From Mantamonas sphyraenae STR306 (lineage: Eukaryota; Protista; CRuMs), in assembly GCA_026936335.1 (NCBI GenBank), contig JAPMXV010000049.1, positions 186,001 to 250,000 of the forward strand: a stretch of DNA of 64,000 nucleotides, given 5' to 3'. A model generated the notes under the pieces. That model was not told the origin of the DNA. It searched no databases and saw only the letters and a program-made list of their open reading frames with translations. Both the position numbers and the translations under genes were made by a program. Shown here in pieces: positions 34,329 to 45,949 of the stretch; position 1 is the stretch's first letter, and each line of letters opens with the position of its first letter.

Positions 34329-36139
34329 GCTGCGCTGGACATGGAAGTAGGATGTGGTGTGGTCATATCCCACAGCCCAAGCGAGGATGGTGGTCAATGC
34401 GCGGACGCGTCCAACACAGGTGCCCGACGAACCCAACCCCAAGAAAACCTCTTTTCGACCATGGAGCGAGCACAGTGTGGTTATCAGATGTCGACGCGGT
34501 GGACGGACCCGCCTATTGTGCTGATCGCTGTGCAGCTGATCGCACTGCCGCTTGTGGCGGTGGGCTGCGTGCTGTCAAGCCTGTATGTGGCGTGGTGGAG
34601 TGGTTTTGCAATTGTGGCGGGCTTGGTGGCTCTTTACAACTTCGTGTACATGCAAACGGAGGCAGCAGACACGACAAAGTACCTGGAGTTCCATGACGAG
34701 GGATTCAAGAAGTCGTGGGCACGCAACAAGATCCCCGTGACGACGTTCCTGATTGCGTACCGTGAGGAGAAGGTGTCGCCGAAGGGGGACATGCTGGAGC
34801 TGCTGGAGAAGCGGTACGAATTCCTGTGCTGGCGGGTGACGTGGAGCACGGTGAAGCATCTGTACCTGCAGCTGCTGCCTGGAATTGCATCTGGGATGTA
34901 CGACCTGGGCACTGCAAAGCGAGAGATTGCGGACCACTACGACCGTGGAAACGACTGGTTTGGGGCGTTCCTGGGCCCGATGATGGTGTACACGAGCGGA
35001 GTGTACACGGACCTGAGCGAGAGCCTGGAGCAGGCACAGACGAACAAGCTGGAGCTGATTTGCAGGAAGTTGCACATGAAGGAGGGGGACCGATACCTGG
35101 ACATCGGGTGCGGGTGGGGCACGCTGGCACGACATGCAGAGAAGTACCACGGAGCGCAGGCAACCGGGGTGACGTTGAGCACGGAGGGAGCGGCATGGTG
35201 CAACGAGCAGAACAAGAAGGAGGGAACACACGTGAATGTGCTGGAGATGGACTACCGCAAGATCGACCCGTCGCTGCGTTTCGACTGCGTGTCTGCGATC
35301 GAGATGGCGGAGCACGTGGGTCTGGCGAACTTTCAGGACTTTCTGGCAGGGATCAAGAACATGCTGTCGGACGACGGAGTGTTTCTGATGCAGGTTGCAG
35401 GCCTGCGTCAGGGAAGCAACTGGGAGGACGTGGCGTGGGGTCTGTTTATGAGCAGGTACATCTTCCCGAACGCGGATGCGTCGACGCCGCTGAACTGGTA
35501 TGTGAAGCAGATGGAGCTTGCTGGATTCGAGGTGCAGAGCGTGGAGACGATTGGTCGTCACTACTCGCACACGCTGCATGCGTGGTATGACAACTTTATG
35601 GCAAACAAGGACGGGCTGGACAAGAAGAAGTACCCGGAGTCGCTGCAGCGACTGTGGATCTTTTTCCTTGCGTGGAGCACTGTGGCGAGCGGGCAGGGAA
35701 CTGCGGCGTGCTACCAGCTTGTGGGCCACAAGAACAGCAACACGTTCAACCGAGACCAGTTTGTGGGGGCAAACCCGCACGATGAGCTGACGAAGCTGAA
35801 GAAGTAAGGTGTGTGTGTGAGTGGGCGCAGGATGTGTGTGCGTGGTTGGACAGAGGACACAATGTGTGTGCGTGTGCGTGATGTGGAGGGAGGTGGGCGG
35901 GGGAGGGAGGCGATGGGGACACGCACTCGGGAGTGGTGTTTGTTGGAGAGGATGAGCACGCAAGAGGAGGAGCTGCCAGAGCCATGGACAATGTAAGCAA
36001 CAGTGCAGCGAATGGGAAGTTGGTTTGGGAAGTGGGTGTTGTGGAGGGAGAGGGGACGGGGAGAGGGGAGTGGGATGGGTGTTGGACTTGTTTCCGGTGT
36101 TTCATTGGTGACGTCTCTTCACAGCAGCTGCTTCATGGC
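34329..36139. repeat. Inverted duplication, right copy
   Basis: Reverse complement of 20352-22155. Confidence 0.95.
34461..35807 (+). CDS. Sphingolipid C9-methyltransferase-like (CFA synthase family), intact copy
   Basis: Two N-terminal TM helices; HYDRGND, FLGP.MVYTSG, LDIGCGWGTL, EMAEHVG, LMQVAGLR..ED..WGLFM.RYIFP.ADASTPL, typical of the fungal C9-MT subgroup. Confidence 0.85.
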   Translation: MERAQCGYQMSTRWTDPPIVLIAVQLIALPLVAVGCVLSSLYVAWWSGFAIVAGLVALYNFVYMQTEAADTTKYLEFHDEGFKKSWARNKIPVTTFLIAYREEKVSPKGDMLELLEKRYEFLCWRVTWSTVKHLYLQLLPGIASGMYDLGTAKREIADHYDRGNDWFGAFLGPMMVYTSGVYTDLSESLEQAQTNKLELICRKLHMKEGDRYLDIGCGWGTLARHAEKYHGAQATGVTLSTEGAAWCNEQNKKEGTHVNVLEMDYRKIDPSLRFDCVSAIEMAEHVGLANFQDFLAGIKNMLSDDGVFLMQVAGLRQGSNWEDVAWGLFMSRYIFPNADASTPLNWYVKQMELAGFEVQSVETIGRHYSHTLHAWYDNFMANKDGLDKKKYPESLQRLWIFFLAWSTVASGQGTAACYQLVGHKNSNTFNRDQFVGANPHDELTKLKK

Positions 36140-39100
36140 TCGTGTGATGTTGACAAGACCCGAGTACCCTGGTGTGCATGTGGGCATGGAGAGCGAGCCG
36201 AGGAGGGTCTCTTCCACCACGGTCTCGTCGATTCCAAAGTCAACCTCGATGCCGTAGAGGAGAGGGGTGCTGGCAAAGTTGGCGTGCATGTCGAGAGACA
36301 CGTCAAAGGCGCAGTTTGTGGTGGCCGAGGAAAAGTGAATGGTAAAGGTGGTGCCCTCTGTGCTGCACCTGTGGCTGCGGCGGATCTTGCCCATGCTGAG
36401 CTGGAGGTCCTGGATGCGACTGACGAGGGTGGCACAATGGGAGAGCACCTGACGCAGATCGGCCTGGGTGGAGGCTTGCTGGACCACGTTCTTAAATGCA
36501 CACTGTTTGAGCATGGCATTGACAATGACGGGCAGGTTCTTGCTGCCTTGTGAGACGACCTGGATGTGAGCGGTGGTGTCTGCCTCGCTCTCGCCCTCAT
36601 CGCCAAGCGTGATGCTGAGGCTGAGATAGTCTGCAATTTGCAGTTGCAGGGTGTCGTCGTCGAGAGATTCCAGAGCCCAACCGTTGAGACCAGCGAGGAG
36701 GTCGACGAGTTGGTCCTGCTGCTGGACGCTCTGCTCCCCCAGAATGACAAAGCCTTTTTCGTGGCGCACGGTTTCAAGTTCGTCCTCGAGTTGGGCGCAG
36801 TCGGTGACAAGTTGTTGCTTCTGCTCGTCGAGCTCGGCGCGCTGGGACTCGAGCTCGAGCTCCTCTTCGGAAAACTGGGTCAGAACGCTCTGCAGCTCCT
36901 CAATGTCGTCCAACAGTCGACGGACCTCCTTGCGTTCCTGGTTGGCCTGCTCCTCCACCTGGTTCATGTCTGCGGTGATGGCTTCCCGCATGTCTTGGAG
37001 CTGAGCCTTGTATTCAGCGAGAAGGGCGAGATCGCCGCGCAGGCGGCTGCTGTGTTCACCCAGCAGACGCCCTGTGTTGGCCACAAGTTTCTGAAGCCAC
37101 GCATGCCAGGTGAGTTCGCCTTCGAATTTGCGCATGGATCGCATCTTGGCCATCTGGTTGCGGAAGAAGAGTTTGTCGGCGTTGGCGGCGCTGGCCAGCT
37201 TGGCAAACACGGCCGGGTTGTGTGCATTGACGGCCTCCTCCAAGTGCTGGGTGTCCTCTTTCATGCTCTGCAGAATGTCCAGGAGCTGGGAGGTGCCCCA
37301 GTTGTAGTTGTGCACGTGGGTGTTTGTGATGCAGGCCGTTTCGAGGAGCGAGGACATGCGTTCAGTGTCAGACAGTCCTGCGTGTGCCTTGTCCGCCTCG
37401 GCGTCGGCCATGTACGGGTTGTACCTTCGCTCCAGGCTGAGGTCGTCCAGAAAGCGAATGCTGGAGAGGCGAAGAAAGTCCGCAAACGTCATGTGAGCAG
37501 CCTCCGCGTCACGCTGGACGTCGGGGAGAGTGATGGTCATCTGCGAAGCATCGAGATCCATAGCAGCAGCGGAGGACGGGACGTCTTGAGCAGAGGAGGA
37601 GGCGGTGGATGCGACAGAGTCATCAACGAGGTCGAGCTCGGCGGCAGTCTGCTCGAGGACGGCCTCGACGACGCTGCGAATGGGCTCGGGCTGCTCGACT
37701 GCCTGCTCGACGGTGGTGTCGAGGACGGAGAGCTGGGAGGCGCTGATGGATGTGGAAATCTCGTCGGCAACTCGGCTCATGGTGGAGGTAATGGCTTCGT
37801 GGGACATGGAGGCGTTGAGGATCGAGGCACGCTTGGTAGGGGAGCGCTGGATCTTGTTGGAGCGAGCAAAGATTTCCATGAGTCGCTGCTCGGAGGTGTT
37901 GAGGTTGTGTGTGGTGGTTGTGGTCTGGTCGATGTCCTGCGTGTCGTCCTGTTCCATGTGTGCGGAATCGGACTCTGCAGCATCGGCGGTGTCGTCGGGG
38001 ATGACGACGGTGGGAGAGGGCGGTTGCACGTTGAGCTCGTTGTAGGCACGAGACATCATGCGCTGGAGAACAAGCACGGTGGCCTCCTCCTCTTGGTCAA
38101 GAAGAGCAGTCGGTTCGGTGTCGATCTCGGAAAGGGCAGTGTGGTCTCCCATGGAGGCGGCGGTGAGGGCGGTGAGGTTGTTGACGTTTGCGGTGAAGCC
38201 TGTGACTGTTTCGTCACTGGGCGAAAAGTTGGACAGGTCGGTGATGTTCATCAGAGTCATGGTGGGCTCTGCTGCACCTTGACGGGGGGAAGGAAGGGCA
38301 TCCAGATCCATGGTGTCCTCATCATGGATAGTAGGCTCGGAATTGTCGGCCTGGACGACATTGGTGGTCTCTTCCATGCTGAGGTCGTCTTCGGTCGGCT
38401 CAGCCTCCTCATCGGCCTCGACGACGTTGGTGGTCTCTTCCATGCTAAAGTCGGCAGTCATGGAGGTAGGCTCGCCGACGTTGCGGGTCATCTCCATGCT
38501 GAGGTCGTCTTCGGTGGGCTCAGCCTCCTCATCGGCCTCCACGACGTTGGTGGTCTCTTCCATGCTAAAGTCAGCAGTCATAGAGGTAGGCTCGCCGACG
38601 TTGCGGGTCATTTCCATGCTGAGGTCGTCTTCGGTGGGCTCAGCCTCCTCATCGGCCTCGACGACGTTGGTGGTCTCTTCCATGCTAAAGTCAGCGGTCA
38701 TGGAGGTAGGCTCGCCGACGTTGCGGGTCATCTCCATGCTGAGGTCGTCCTCGGTGGGCTCAGCCTCCTCATCGGCCTCGACGACGTTGGTGGTCTCTTC
38801 CATGCTAAAGTCAGCAGTCATGGAGGTAGGCTCGCCGACGTTGCGGGTCATTTCCATGCTGAGGTCGTCCTCGGTGGGCTCAGCCTCCTCATCGGCCTCG
38901 ACGACGTTGGTGGTCTCTTCCATGCTAAAGTCAGCAGTCATGGAGGTAGGCTCGCCGACGTTGCGGGTCATCTCCATGCTGAGGTCGTCTTCGGTGGGCT
39001 CAGCCTCCTCATCGGCCTCGACGACGTTGGTGGTCTCTTCCATGCTAAAGTCGGCAGTCATGGAGGTAGGCTCGCCGACGTTGCGGGTCATTTCCATGCT

Positions 39101-40311
39101 GAGGTCTCCAGTTTGGTCGAGATCGCCGACGTTGCGGGTCATCTCCATGCTGAGATCTCCAGTCTGGTCGAGATAGGCAACGTTGCGAGTCACATCCATG
39201 CTGAGGTTGCCGGTCTGGTCGAGGTAGGCGACGTTGCGGGTCATGTCCATGCTGAGGTTGCCGGTCTGGTCGAGGTCACCGACGTTGCGTGTCATCTCCA
39301 TGCTCAGCTCGGCGGATTCGTTTGCATCGCCGACGTTGCGTGTCATCTCCATGCTGAGGTCACCTTCGTCCAGGGTCTCGTCTGCAAGGAGGGAATCGGC
39401 GAATGAATCGTTGGTGGAGGAGCTGCTGGAGCCTTGGGCCGCGGTCGTCCATCCCGGAGAGAGAGTTGCACGGGCATTCGCAGCAGGCGCCTTCATCGGG
39501 GTGTTCTTGTCAAAGAGGCGCACATTGGCCTTGTGGGCAAAACTAACTCGGCGGTTAGCCATGGACTTGCGTGCTTTCTTGCGGCCGCGCTTCATGGCGC
39601 TCACAGGCTCTGTAACGCTGCGCGTGTTGTCCAGTTCGAGGAGATCCTCCTCCTCAATGTCCACGTGCTGGTCGCCTGCGGCGTTGGTCTGCATGTCATC
39701 GTGTGTTCGCTTCTTTTCTTGCTGCAACTGGTGGTTGTTGCTCAGCTGGGCCAGTGGTGCGCTCTTGCGGCGTCCGGTGCTGCTGCGTGTGCGACGTTTG
39801 GCGCTGCCGCTCTTTGTCAGCGGCTGGCTTGCGGCCACGCTGTGTCGCTTACTGCGTCGCAGGTTCCCCGACTGTGTGTGTGTGCGACGTGTCAGTGTTG
39901 TACTCTGGGTTGTGTTGAATGTACTCGCCACATGGCACGGCGGGAACCAAACCTGTCAAAAATCCGGGGCGTTCAACGGCCACCCGATTTTTGGCGCGCC
40001 AATCACCCCAGGGCCCCACTTTGCGGGATGTGTGTCCTTTCATGATTGCAAACACGCAGATTTTGCATGCAATGGTGGTATATGATGTGTTGCTGCGCTG
40101 AATGTCAACCTACGTTGGCCATGTCGACGAGATTCTGCACCAGATTGGCGGCCATGTTCTCTTGATCGACAACCTGCCCTTCGCGTGTTTGCATGCTCTT
40201 TGCCTGCGGTGTGTTGCTCAGGCTGTTGACTCCTGTCTCGGTGTCTCCTTCCATGTTGTCCTCGTGGACCAACTTGTCCGTCAGCAGTTGTGTGCTCCTG
40301 AGACTGGCCAT
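36119..40311 (-). CDS. KNL1: Kinetochore scaffold KNL1/Spc105/Spc7; 5' exon (~40114-40311) tentative
   Basis: RRVSF PP1-binding motif, many MELT-like M(E/D)xT repeats, TFADFL..IRFLDD block, coiled coil and RWD-like C-terminus. Confidence 0.85.
38360..39360 (-). repeat. Coding minisatellite: six 120-bp units plus about five 51-bp units, encoding MELT-like repeats
   Basis: cagcctcctc recurs every 120 bp from 38401 to 39001; 17-aa DLSMxxTRNVxxLDQTG units upstream. Confidence 0.95.
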
Positions 40312-40748
40312 TTTGGTGGGTTCGAAAAACAAAAATTCCTTGGCGCCGCGAGCGCACTGGGGCGTCAACTGAATTCCCTGCACACAAGACACAAAGGTGG
40401 GTGGGATGTTTGCGCGAACGAGTCTCATGTTGTGCATGTCCGTTTGGCTTGTATCTGTGTGTCTCGTCAAGGCTGTGCATGTCTGCGGTGGGGAGGAGCT
40501 GGGCGCGCGCAAGCCCTTTTTCCGGGTGATCAGCCAATTTGGTCGCCAATCACTGCGACAGCCTCGTATGCCCGAGAGCGTGACGTTCTTGCTTGCCCTT
40601 TGAATTTCCGTGTATCCGACCAAATTTTCCGCGTGCTGGCGCAGTTTGGAGGGTGTTAGACAACGTGAGCGTGTGTGAGGGTGAGTGGAGGCTGACGCAC
40701 GATTTCCACCGCTCAAATTTCTGGGCGTAGGGCAAAAACGCGCGCGTC

Positions 40749-41807
40749 ATGAGCAACCGAGCGCATTTGCGTCAGGAGAACACGGCGTCTCCCATGACAA
40801 GCATGGTGCAACAGTTTTCGCACACCAACATCGAAACGCCGCCGCATCGTCAGAAGAAGGCAGGGCGGGAACAGCCGTTGGGGAGCGCGCGGGGCTCGCG
40901 AAGTCACGGTTCGCATCTGAAAGCGCTTCGTCGCCGTGGAGCCGGCCACCTGGGGTCCAAGGTACAGTTTGGGAAGGTGGAGGAGGAAGAAGTGGTGGAA
41001 GAGGAGGAGGAGGTGGAGGAGGGTGAGGATACTTGGCAGACGGAGGGCCAGGAGCTGGACTCGACGGCCGGGTCGTGGCGCAGTGTGAGCGCCGAAAAAC
41101 TGGGCACCGTGCACCACGGGTTCCGGTTGGAGCAGCAAGACACAGCGGACAGCAGCTACCTGAACGAGCTCATTGGCGACGACGACGAACTGAGCAGTCC
41201 GGAGGACATCAGGGTCGAGGAGGACCGGGAAAACAAGCACGTGGGCAACGCGGGCGGCAGCGTGACACGCGCGTCGAAGCGGTCGCTTTTTGGAGGGAGC
41301 CACAAGACGCGTGAGGAAGAGGCAGCAATGACAATGCGTCGGACATCGCGTCATTTGTACGACCTGAACGACAGTAGCGTGTCCCTGGAGCTGAGCACGG
41401 ACAGCATCGATGTGGACCAGGCGGATGCCAGCGACAGCGACGAGGGCCTAACGCAAGAGACACAGCTGACGCAGCCGGACGACCTGGATACCCTGGACGA
41501 GCCCGCAGGGTTTGAAGATCTCAACGGCTCGCACATTTCGTCCGTCAGCAACAGCATGGACGGCCTGGATGAAGAAGAGGAGGAGCTGCTGGGGTTTGCG
41601 GATGTGGAGGAGGACAAAGGAGCCGAGGAGCCCGAAGAGCTCCCATTGGTAGGAGCCGAAGTGCTCTTTAACTCGCCTAGCAACGTGTCGTCTGTGAAGG
41701 GCAAGTCTAAGCATCGTACGAAGCGGCGAAAAGTCGTGCGTCCGCAAACGTCGCTTGGGTTGGCATCGCCAGCCTCGTCGTTCGCACGCGGAGCAGCGAC
41801 GTCATCG

Positions 41808-41838
<31 letters not shown>

Positions 41839-44000
41839 TGTTTGGAAGTATGGAACCCATGAACACCGCGAGCGTGTCTGTGTACGGCAGGGTGGGCGAG
41901 GAAGAGGCAGCGGAGGCCGAGCAGCAGATCGATGCGATGGGCTGGGATTCGACAGTTGGCCCCGAGTCGTTCGGGGAGACCCTGAGGCGTCCGCTGAATG
42001 GAACGAGGGACAGAGTGGCCAAGTCAAGCGGGCGTGGCTTCAAGCGAGCGCGGTCGTTTGCACGCGACAGCGAGAGCGAGAGCGAGCAGGACAGCGACGG
42101 ATTTGTGGGTGTGCGGCAGCTGCGGTACGACGATGTGCCGGGCAGTGCAAGCAAGCTTGGCTCGGGATCTGCTGTGCAGCGTAGCGACATGCTGGGCATG
42201 CAGCCGCCTCGAGGATTGTCCCTGTTTGGTGCAGGTTCGCGCCACGAGGAGGATGCGGCGGAGAACCGAGATGAGAGCGAGGGTGAAACGGAGTCTGAGA
42301 GCGAAAACGAAGGCGAGACGTACCGAAGTGCGCTGTCCAACGACTACTCCGTGGGGGAGAAGGCCAAGCAGTATGCACTGGAGCGCACCAACTCGTCCGA
42401 GTGGCCCGTCGCCAAGCGGCTGGGAGGTGACTCGGCTGCGGGCGAGGCATCGAGCGAGAGCGGCCAAGACGACCTGAGCGGGTTCAAGATGGGGCGACAG
42501 GGGTCGCGCTCGCAGCGCTTGGTGGAGGAATCAGCAATGCGATCGATTGTGGGCGACTCGGACGCGAGCGGGGGCGAGGAGTTTGCAGCTCCGGCGCCAC
42601 GCCGCAAGAGCCAGGCGTGCGGAGGAGACGACGGATTCCTGTCGCGCTCGGGACCGATGATGATGGGTGCGCGAAAGCAGCGTGCATTGCTGGGGCGAGT
42701 GGGGAGGTCGAACAGCGAAGTGAGCATGATGCCTTCGTCCCGGACAGCATCGCGGAAGGCTCCCAAAGTGGAGAGCGGATGCGCGTTTGACTCGAGCGAC
42801 GAGGAGCTGGAGGTAACGGGGCCGCCAAAGGTGAAGGAGTGGGTGGAGGAGCACAACGACACGGAGAATGTGCTGCCCACTCTCAAGAACGGCAGCAAAC
42901 AGGATTTGAAGTGCATCAGCCCCGACACAATGGTGGCCGTGCTGGAAGGCGAGTACGAAGACAAGTATGACCGCCTGTTTGTGGTGGACTGCCGCTTTCC
43001 GTACGAGTACGAGGGCGGGCACATCCGTGGGGCGGTGAACTTTACGGACATCGATCAGGTGATTGAGACGTTTGTGGAGGAGCCCATCCAAGAGTCCTGC
43101 GTGATTATTTTCCACTGTGAGTTCTCCAGCAACCGTGGACCGAAGCTGTGCCGTTTCCTGCGCCACTTGGACCGGCTGGCCAACTATGAAGTCTATCCGG
43201 CACTGTACTACCCTCAGGTGTATCTGCTGGACTCTGGCTACCAGGTGTTTCACCACCTGTATCCCGAGCAGTGTACACCGTGCAACTATGTGCGCATGCT
43301 GGATCGGCAGTACAAGGACGAACTGCGGGCTTGGAAGCGGCAGCACAACGAAATGGAAAAGCGGCGACTGGAGTACTACCGGCACGAAACGACGACAGCT
43401 TTCCAACGGCATCACCGTCGCATGCTGCAGGAGTTGGAAGGGGAAGACGGAGTGGGTGCTGGGCCTGCGCGGTTGGGAGGAAACAGCCTCGCGAACAAGA
43501 GAGGACGAACTCTTACGGCCACGATGTCGCTGGATGCGGCTGGAATGGCGCGCCTGGCCAACACAAACAGGCCAGTGAGCGCTCTGGAGTGTCGCAACCG
43601 CAGGGGAATGGGCATGGAGGAGGAGTTGGATCGAGGATTGTCGATGACAACGAGCACGTCTGCGCTCAGCTCGAGCCTGGACAGCCGCAACAACCAGTTG
43701 CAGGTGTCACGACGAGAGCAGCAGGCACGCCGATTTGAGCGACGTCGATCACGTTCTCGAGGGCTGTTTCAGGAGGAGAGTTTCGATGTTGAGGATGACG
43801 AGGAGGAAGAGGAGGAGGACGAGGAGGTGGCGGTGGCCACGGGGGCCCGAGCCCTCAGTAGCATGCGATCAACAGGTCGATTGTCGGCGACATCGTCGCC
43901 TACATCGTCGCAGCATCGAAGGATGAGGCGCTCGACGTCGACGTTGGAGCTGCAACGGGCGACGGCGTGGGACGAAGAAGACGATGATGGATGGCGCTGA
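40749..44000 (+). CDS. CDC25: Cdc25 M-phase inducer phosphatase (rhodanese fold)
   Basis: ISPDTM, VDCRFPYEYEGGHI.GAVN, FHCEFSSNRGP, LYYPQVYLL..GY..F, C.P.NYV.M. Confidence 0.93.
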
Positions 44001-44051
44001 ACAAAACATAGCGAGTATCTACAGGTTGCATTTGGTAGGGTGATGCATGAC

Positions 44052-44611
44052 TTATGCAAACTGCACAATCGTCCTTGTGGTGAGCTGAAGGAGTTCGAGA
44101 TACGAAGAAACCATGACGCGGAGCATTTTCACCTGCTCGGCAGAAAAGGAACTGTACATGGGCCAAGCAAGGAGTGGGTGTGAGTGGCGTGGGAATGGAG
44201 ACAAAACACGGGGAATGGGGGCCAGGGAATGACAGTGGAGAGGGCGTCACACGTACGCAGTGAGGACGTTCTTGGAGCAGCTGATGTCGCGTGTCGCCTG
44301 CTCTGGGCGGAGCTCCTTGTCGACGCAGAGGGAGTTGTATGCAATGGTGGCCCACTTTTCCGAGGGAAAGGGAACAGTGACAACGCTGTGTGTGTGTGTA
44401 TGCGTGTGCGTGTGTGTGTGTGTGGTGTGGAAGAGGGAGTGTGGGTGTGGCGCTTGTGTGAGTTTGTGTGCGAGCTTGACAAACCAGCACCAACCACGCA
44501 CCAAGTGTACTGGTGGCTGCCGGAGCGTTGTACAGGAGTGGCAAGGTCCATGGCCGCATCTCCAGCGAGGTCTGAGGACGAAGTGGGCCTGGCAGCAGCT
44601 TCCATGTCCAT
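44052..44611 (-). CDS. PCC1: KEOPS complex subunit Pcc1/LAGE3; introns 44386-44501, 44152-44256
   Basis: Spliced product VTVPFPSEKWATIAYNSLCVDKELRP..VLTASFSAEQVKMLRVMVSSYLELLQL; both GT-AG introns keep frame. Confidence 0.85.
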
Positions 44612-44671
44612 TCAGGGGAGTTTCTGGGGGTTGACTTGGGACGGCGCAGGCGCGGCCACTTTCTCTGCGAC

Positions 44672-45756
44672 ATGGGCAACTCGGGAAGCAGTGAACCGCC
44701 GGCATCGCTGTCGCGCGTGGAACAGGGACAGAATGAAGACGCTGCGGCGAACAGCGGGATCTACGTAAACCCGAACGTGCTGGCGAGCGGCGCGGAGGGA
44801 GGGTCTGATTCGACCAACGGCAACGGGGCGCAGGTGGATGCGGAGGGGAGCGCGGGAGGCGGGGAACACAATGGCACGGGCAACGGAAGCGGAAGCGGAC
44901 GTGGAGGCCAACAGCAAGCGGTGGCTGTGCGGAACACGGAGCAGAGCGAGGCAGCGATTCGGCAGCGGGGCGAGTCGCGTGTGCTGGCCGATGATGCCAC
45001 GACGCAGAAGGAGATCATGGCCATTGAGCAGCGTGCGTACGAGCGTGGCCGCCGCGACCAAATGGAGCAGCAGGTAAGTGTGTGGAAAGGGCGGTGAAGA
45101 GCGGTCTGTGCCAGCACCACAGCGCAGAAGCGAGGGTGAAACGGAGGAGAAGCTTCCGACGCATTTCGTCAAGCGAGCTGTGTTTAGGCTGTGTTTGCAC
45201 GGAGCAGGGAATGCGGAAGGGATGAAGAAAGGCTTCGAGGGTACAATGGGCACACACTGACACCGCTGGACACACCTCTGGATGGATGGATGGCGTAGTC
45301 GTTGCACAAGGAAGCCATCGAGGAGCAGGTGCGGAAGCGCGAGGTGGAGCGCCTTCAGGAGCAGGAGGTGGAGAACGAGCAGCAACTGCAGACCATGGTC
45401 AAGGAACTGTCCAGCCGCAAAGCCAAGTAGGTTTGTATGAAGGGACAGTAGCAGGGGGTTGAGGGAGGAAATGGGGTGTGTGGGGGACTGCGATGAGAAA
45501 CATCCTCAGCAATTGCGACCGAAGCTGACACGTGTGGTTGTCGTGCGTGATGTGTGCGGATTGTGCGGGCTGGTGGCGAAATAGGAACTACAAGCTGGTT
45601 GGGTGCGATCTGGAGCGTCAAAACTGTGTTGATTGCTACCGGGACAACGTGAAGAACCCGCTGGAGTGTGCAGAGATTGTGCATCGCTACTCGATGTGCG
45701 TGCGTGCGACCCACCAAAGCCTGGTCGACCAGGTGGCCGCAGATGCCGAGAAGTGA
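44672..45756 (+). CDS. MIC19: Mic19/CHCHD3-like MICOS subunit; two introns (~45074-45310, ~45428-45584)
   Basis: MGNSGS myristoylation motif, coiled coil, C-terminal twin CX9C (CDLERQNCVDCY.DN..NPLECAEIVHRYSMC). Confidence 0.7.
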
Positions 45757-45949
45757 AGGAGAGGAATGCCGAAATGGAATCGATTTGGTTTTTTGCACCA
45801 ATGGATGCTGCACAAGAGCTGGAGTGCGAACGGCGACATGCGCCGGGCAGCGCACAAAACAGTGGATGTTATTGGGGACGCCGTTGAAGCCATGATGGGG
45901 ACACCATTAGTACCCTTGTGCGTGGTGGCCACCACCGAAAACCACATCC

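Noticed and set aside
20352-36139. Composite transposon or Polinton-like element with long terminal inverted repeats
   Set aside because: The repeats are a host lipid methyltransferase gene, the interior holds housekeeping genes, and no transposase, integrase or target-site duplication was seen.
38360-39100. Regular repeats resembling a CRISPR array
   Set aside because: No unique spacers; the units are in-frame KNL1 coding repeats.
36566-39406. 946-aa plus-strand ORF and similar long antisense ORFs (e.g. 10877-12304, 56593-58724)
   Set aside because: Shadows of GC-rich or repetitive coding sequence on the opposite strand; no motifs.
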